Positions 63,387-64,000 of a DNA stretch of 64,000 nt are shown piece after piece. The notes beneath the pieces were generated by a model. That model ran no database searches. It was not told the origin of the DNA and saw only the letters and a list, made by a program, of their open reading frames with translations. Numbering within the stretch: the stretch's first letter is position 1; every line of letters starts with the position of its first letter. The position numbers and the translations under genes were made by a program. Source of the stretch: an archaeon (GTDB lineage Archaea; Thermoproteota; Nitrososphaeria; Nitrososphaerales; Gagatemarchaeaceae). Location of the stretch: NCBI GenBank assembly GCA_021796515.1, contig JAKACC010000003.1:458-64457 (forward strand), given 5' to 3'.

Positions 63387-64000
63387 TCACTGACCGTCCT
63401 TGACAGCGATCAAAACGGCGTATCCGAGCCTATCCTCTTTGACGGCTTCCTTTGCCAGCGAGAGCAATCTGCCTACGTAGTCGAGGTCCTGCGAGTCAAG
63501 TACGAGCTTATGGACACCAACAAGCATTCTTGCTACGAAGAGCTGACGCCTGATCTGCTCGAGGAAGTCCAGGGTATCCTGTTTTCTCTTCTCAACTCCG
63601 ACGAATCTGAAGCCAGTTTGTTCGAGGAGACCTCTGTATTCACTTGAAGAGAGCGCTCCTCCCACACAGAAGGCGTCCACGAGAGGCGACCTCAACTCCT
63701 CTGGGATCTCTCCCTCGACAATGACGTCAGACATTCCCAAGCGTCCCCGTTCCTTGAGGACCCGGGCAAGCTCCCTGGCGGCAGCCCGCTTGTCTTGGAA
63801 GGTCGAAAGGACGCATTCGAGCACTGCGCCGTCAAACGACTTGTCCGAAGCGGGAATCCCGTGACCGTCCCCGGCCAGGAACGACACCCTGTCATTCCCC
63901 TTTGACCTTCGCAAGGCGTCCCCTGCGTTCGCAGAAGAGACATCCATCCCCACAACCCTGCACCCGAACTGTTCTGAGAGCAGGCGCGAGGTCGTCCCTA
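63387..64000 (-). CDS. SAM-dependent methyltransferase, arsenite methyltransferase (ArsM)-like; 5-prime end outside the window
   Basis: The frame stays open to the window edge (..LGTTSRLLSEQFGCRVVGMDVS..). FDGAVLECVLSTFQDK, RGRLGMSDVIVEGEIPEELR and AFCVGGALSSSEYRGLLEQTGF parallel ArsM motifs, including the conserved Cys. Confidence 0.6.
   Translation of the reverse strand, partial: GTTSRLLSEQFGCRVVGMDVSSANAGDALRRSKGNDRVSFLAGDGHGIPASDKSFDGAVLECVLSTFQDKRAAARELARVLKERGRLGMSDVIVEGEIPEELRSPLVDAFCVGGALSSSEYRGLLEQTGFRFVGVEKRKQDTLDFLEQIRRQLFVARMLVGVHKLVLDSQDLDYVGRLLSLAKEAVKEDRLGYAVLIAVKDGQ

Noticed and set aside
1-64000. Search by eye for CRISPR-like regularly spaced direct repeats, rRNA genes, transposases/IS ends and toxin-antitoxin or other defence gene pairs
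   Set aside because: None recognised. The only mobile-type signals are the intein and the truncated integrase next to the tRNA.

Overview
Densely coded 64-kb piece of a high-GC archaeal chromosome: about 60 protein genes and one tRNA. I saw no rRNA, no CRISPR array and no intact transposase.

Archaeal origin is supported by an Sm-like protein, RadB, Rio2 kinase, an NFACT/Rqc2 homologue, DUF373, an archaeal-type RNase J, a ThiN-domain (ThiR-like) regulator, a tricorn-factor-like M1 aminopeptidase and a CCA-less tRNA. AT-rich TATA-like boxes sit roughly 23-36 nt upstream of the first start codon of most transcription units (leaderless layout), and ATGA/GTGA start-stop overlaps occur inside operons. 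A Thermoplasmata-like affiliation is only my inference from gene content.

Blocks:
(i) 1-4.2 kb: small genes including a possible L22e-like protein, uppS and DUF373.
(ii) 4.4-21 kb: an acyl-CoA / branched-chain / ketone-body catabolic cluster. It holds an acyl-CoA ligase, two thiolases plus DUF35, IlvE, acetoacetyl-CoA synthetase, a PrpD-family protein, an LLM oxidoreductase, a MenA-like prenyltransferase, and acyl-CoA dehydrogenase-EtfB-EtfA followed by a membrane Fe-S oxidoreductase.
(iii) 21-48 kb: mixed informational and metabolic genes (NFACT, RadB, Sm, Rio2, a ThiR-like regulator with a palindromic divergent promoter, PyrG, PhoU, an ICDH-family enzyme, TrpB2, PmbA/TldD, RNase J, a GMC oxidase, an M1 peptidase).
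(iv) 48.9-51.2 kb: a PurD-like ATP-grasp gene interrupted in frame by a 353-aa intein.
(v) 51.4-54.5 kb: a Rieske/cytochrome b operon led by a CuA-like cupredoxin with altered metal ligands, and with a Lys at a haem-ligand position of cytochrome b.
(vi) An ABC exporter pair and an MFS transporter.
(vii) tRNA-Arg(CCG) carrying a 20-nt insertion, followed to the window end by a patchily AT-richer, partly decayed island. The island holds an integrase N-terminal fragment, a flavoprotein fragment, a DsbA-like protein, a Cys-Pro-Cys membrane protein, and a thioredoxin-fold gene plus a CFIATAA-motif protein plus an ArsM-like methyltransferase.

I did not find a clear-cut novel multi-gene defence-type system. 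The most unusual items are the ligand changes in the respiratory operon, the intein, the eukaryote-like small proteins (L22e-like, EMC6-like), an HPF-like protein and the tRNA-linked island. All functional calls rest on motif recognition by eye, not on database searches.
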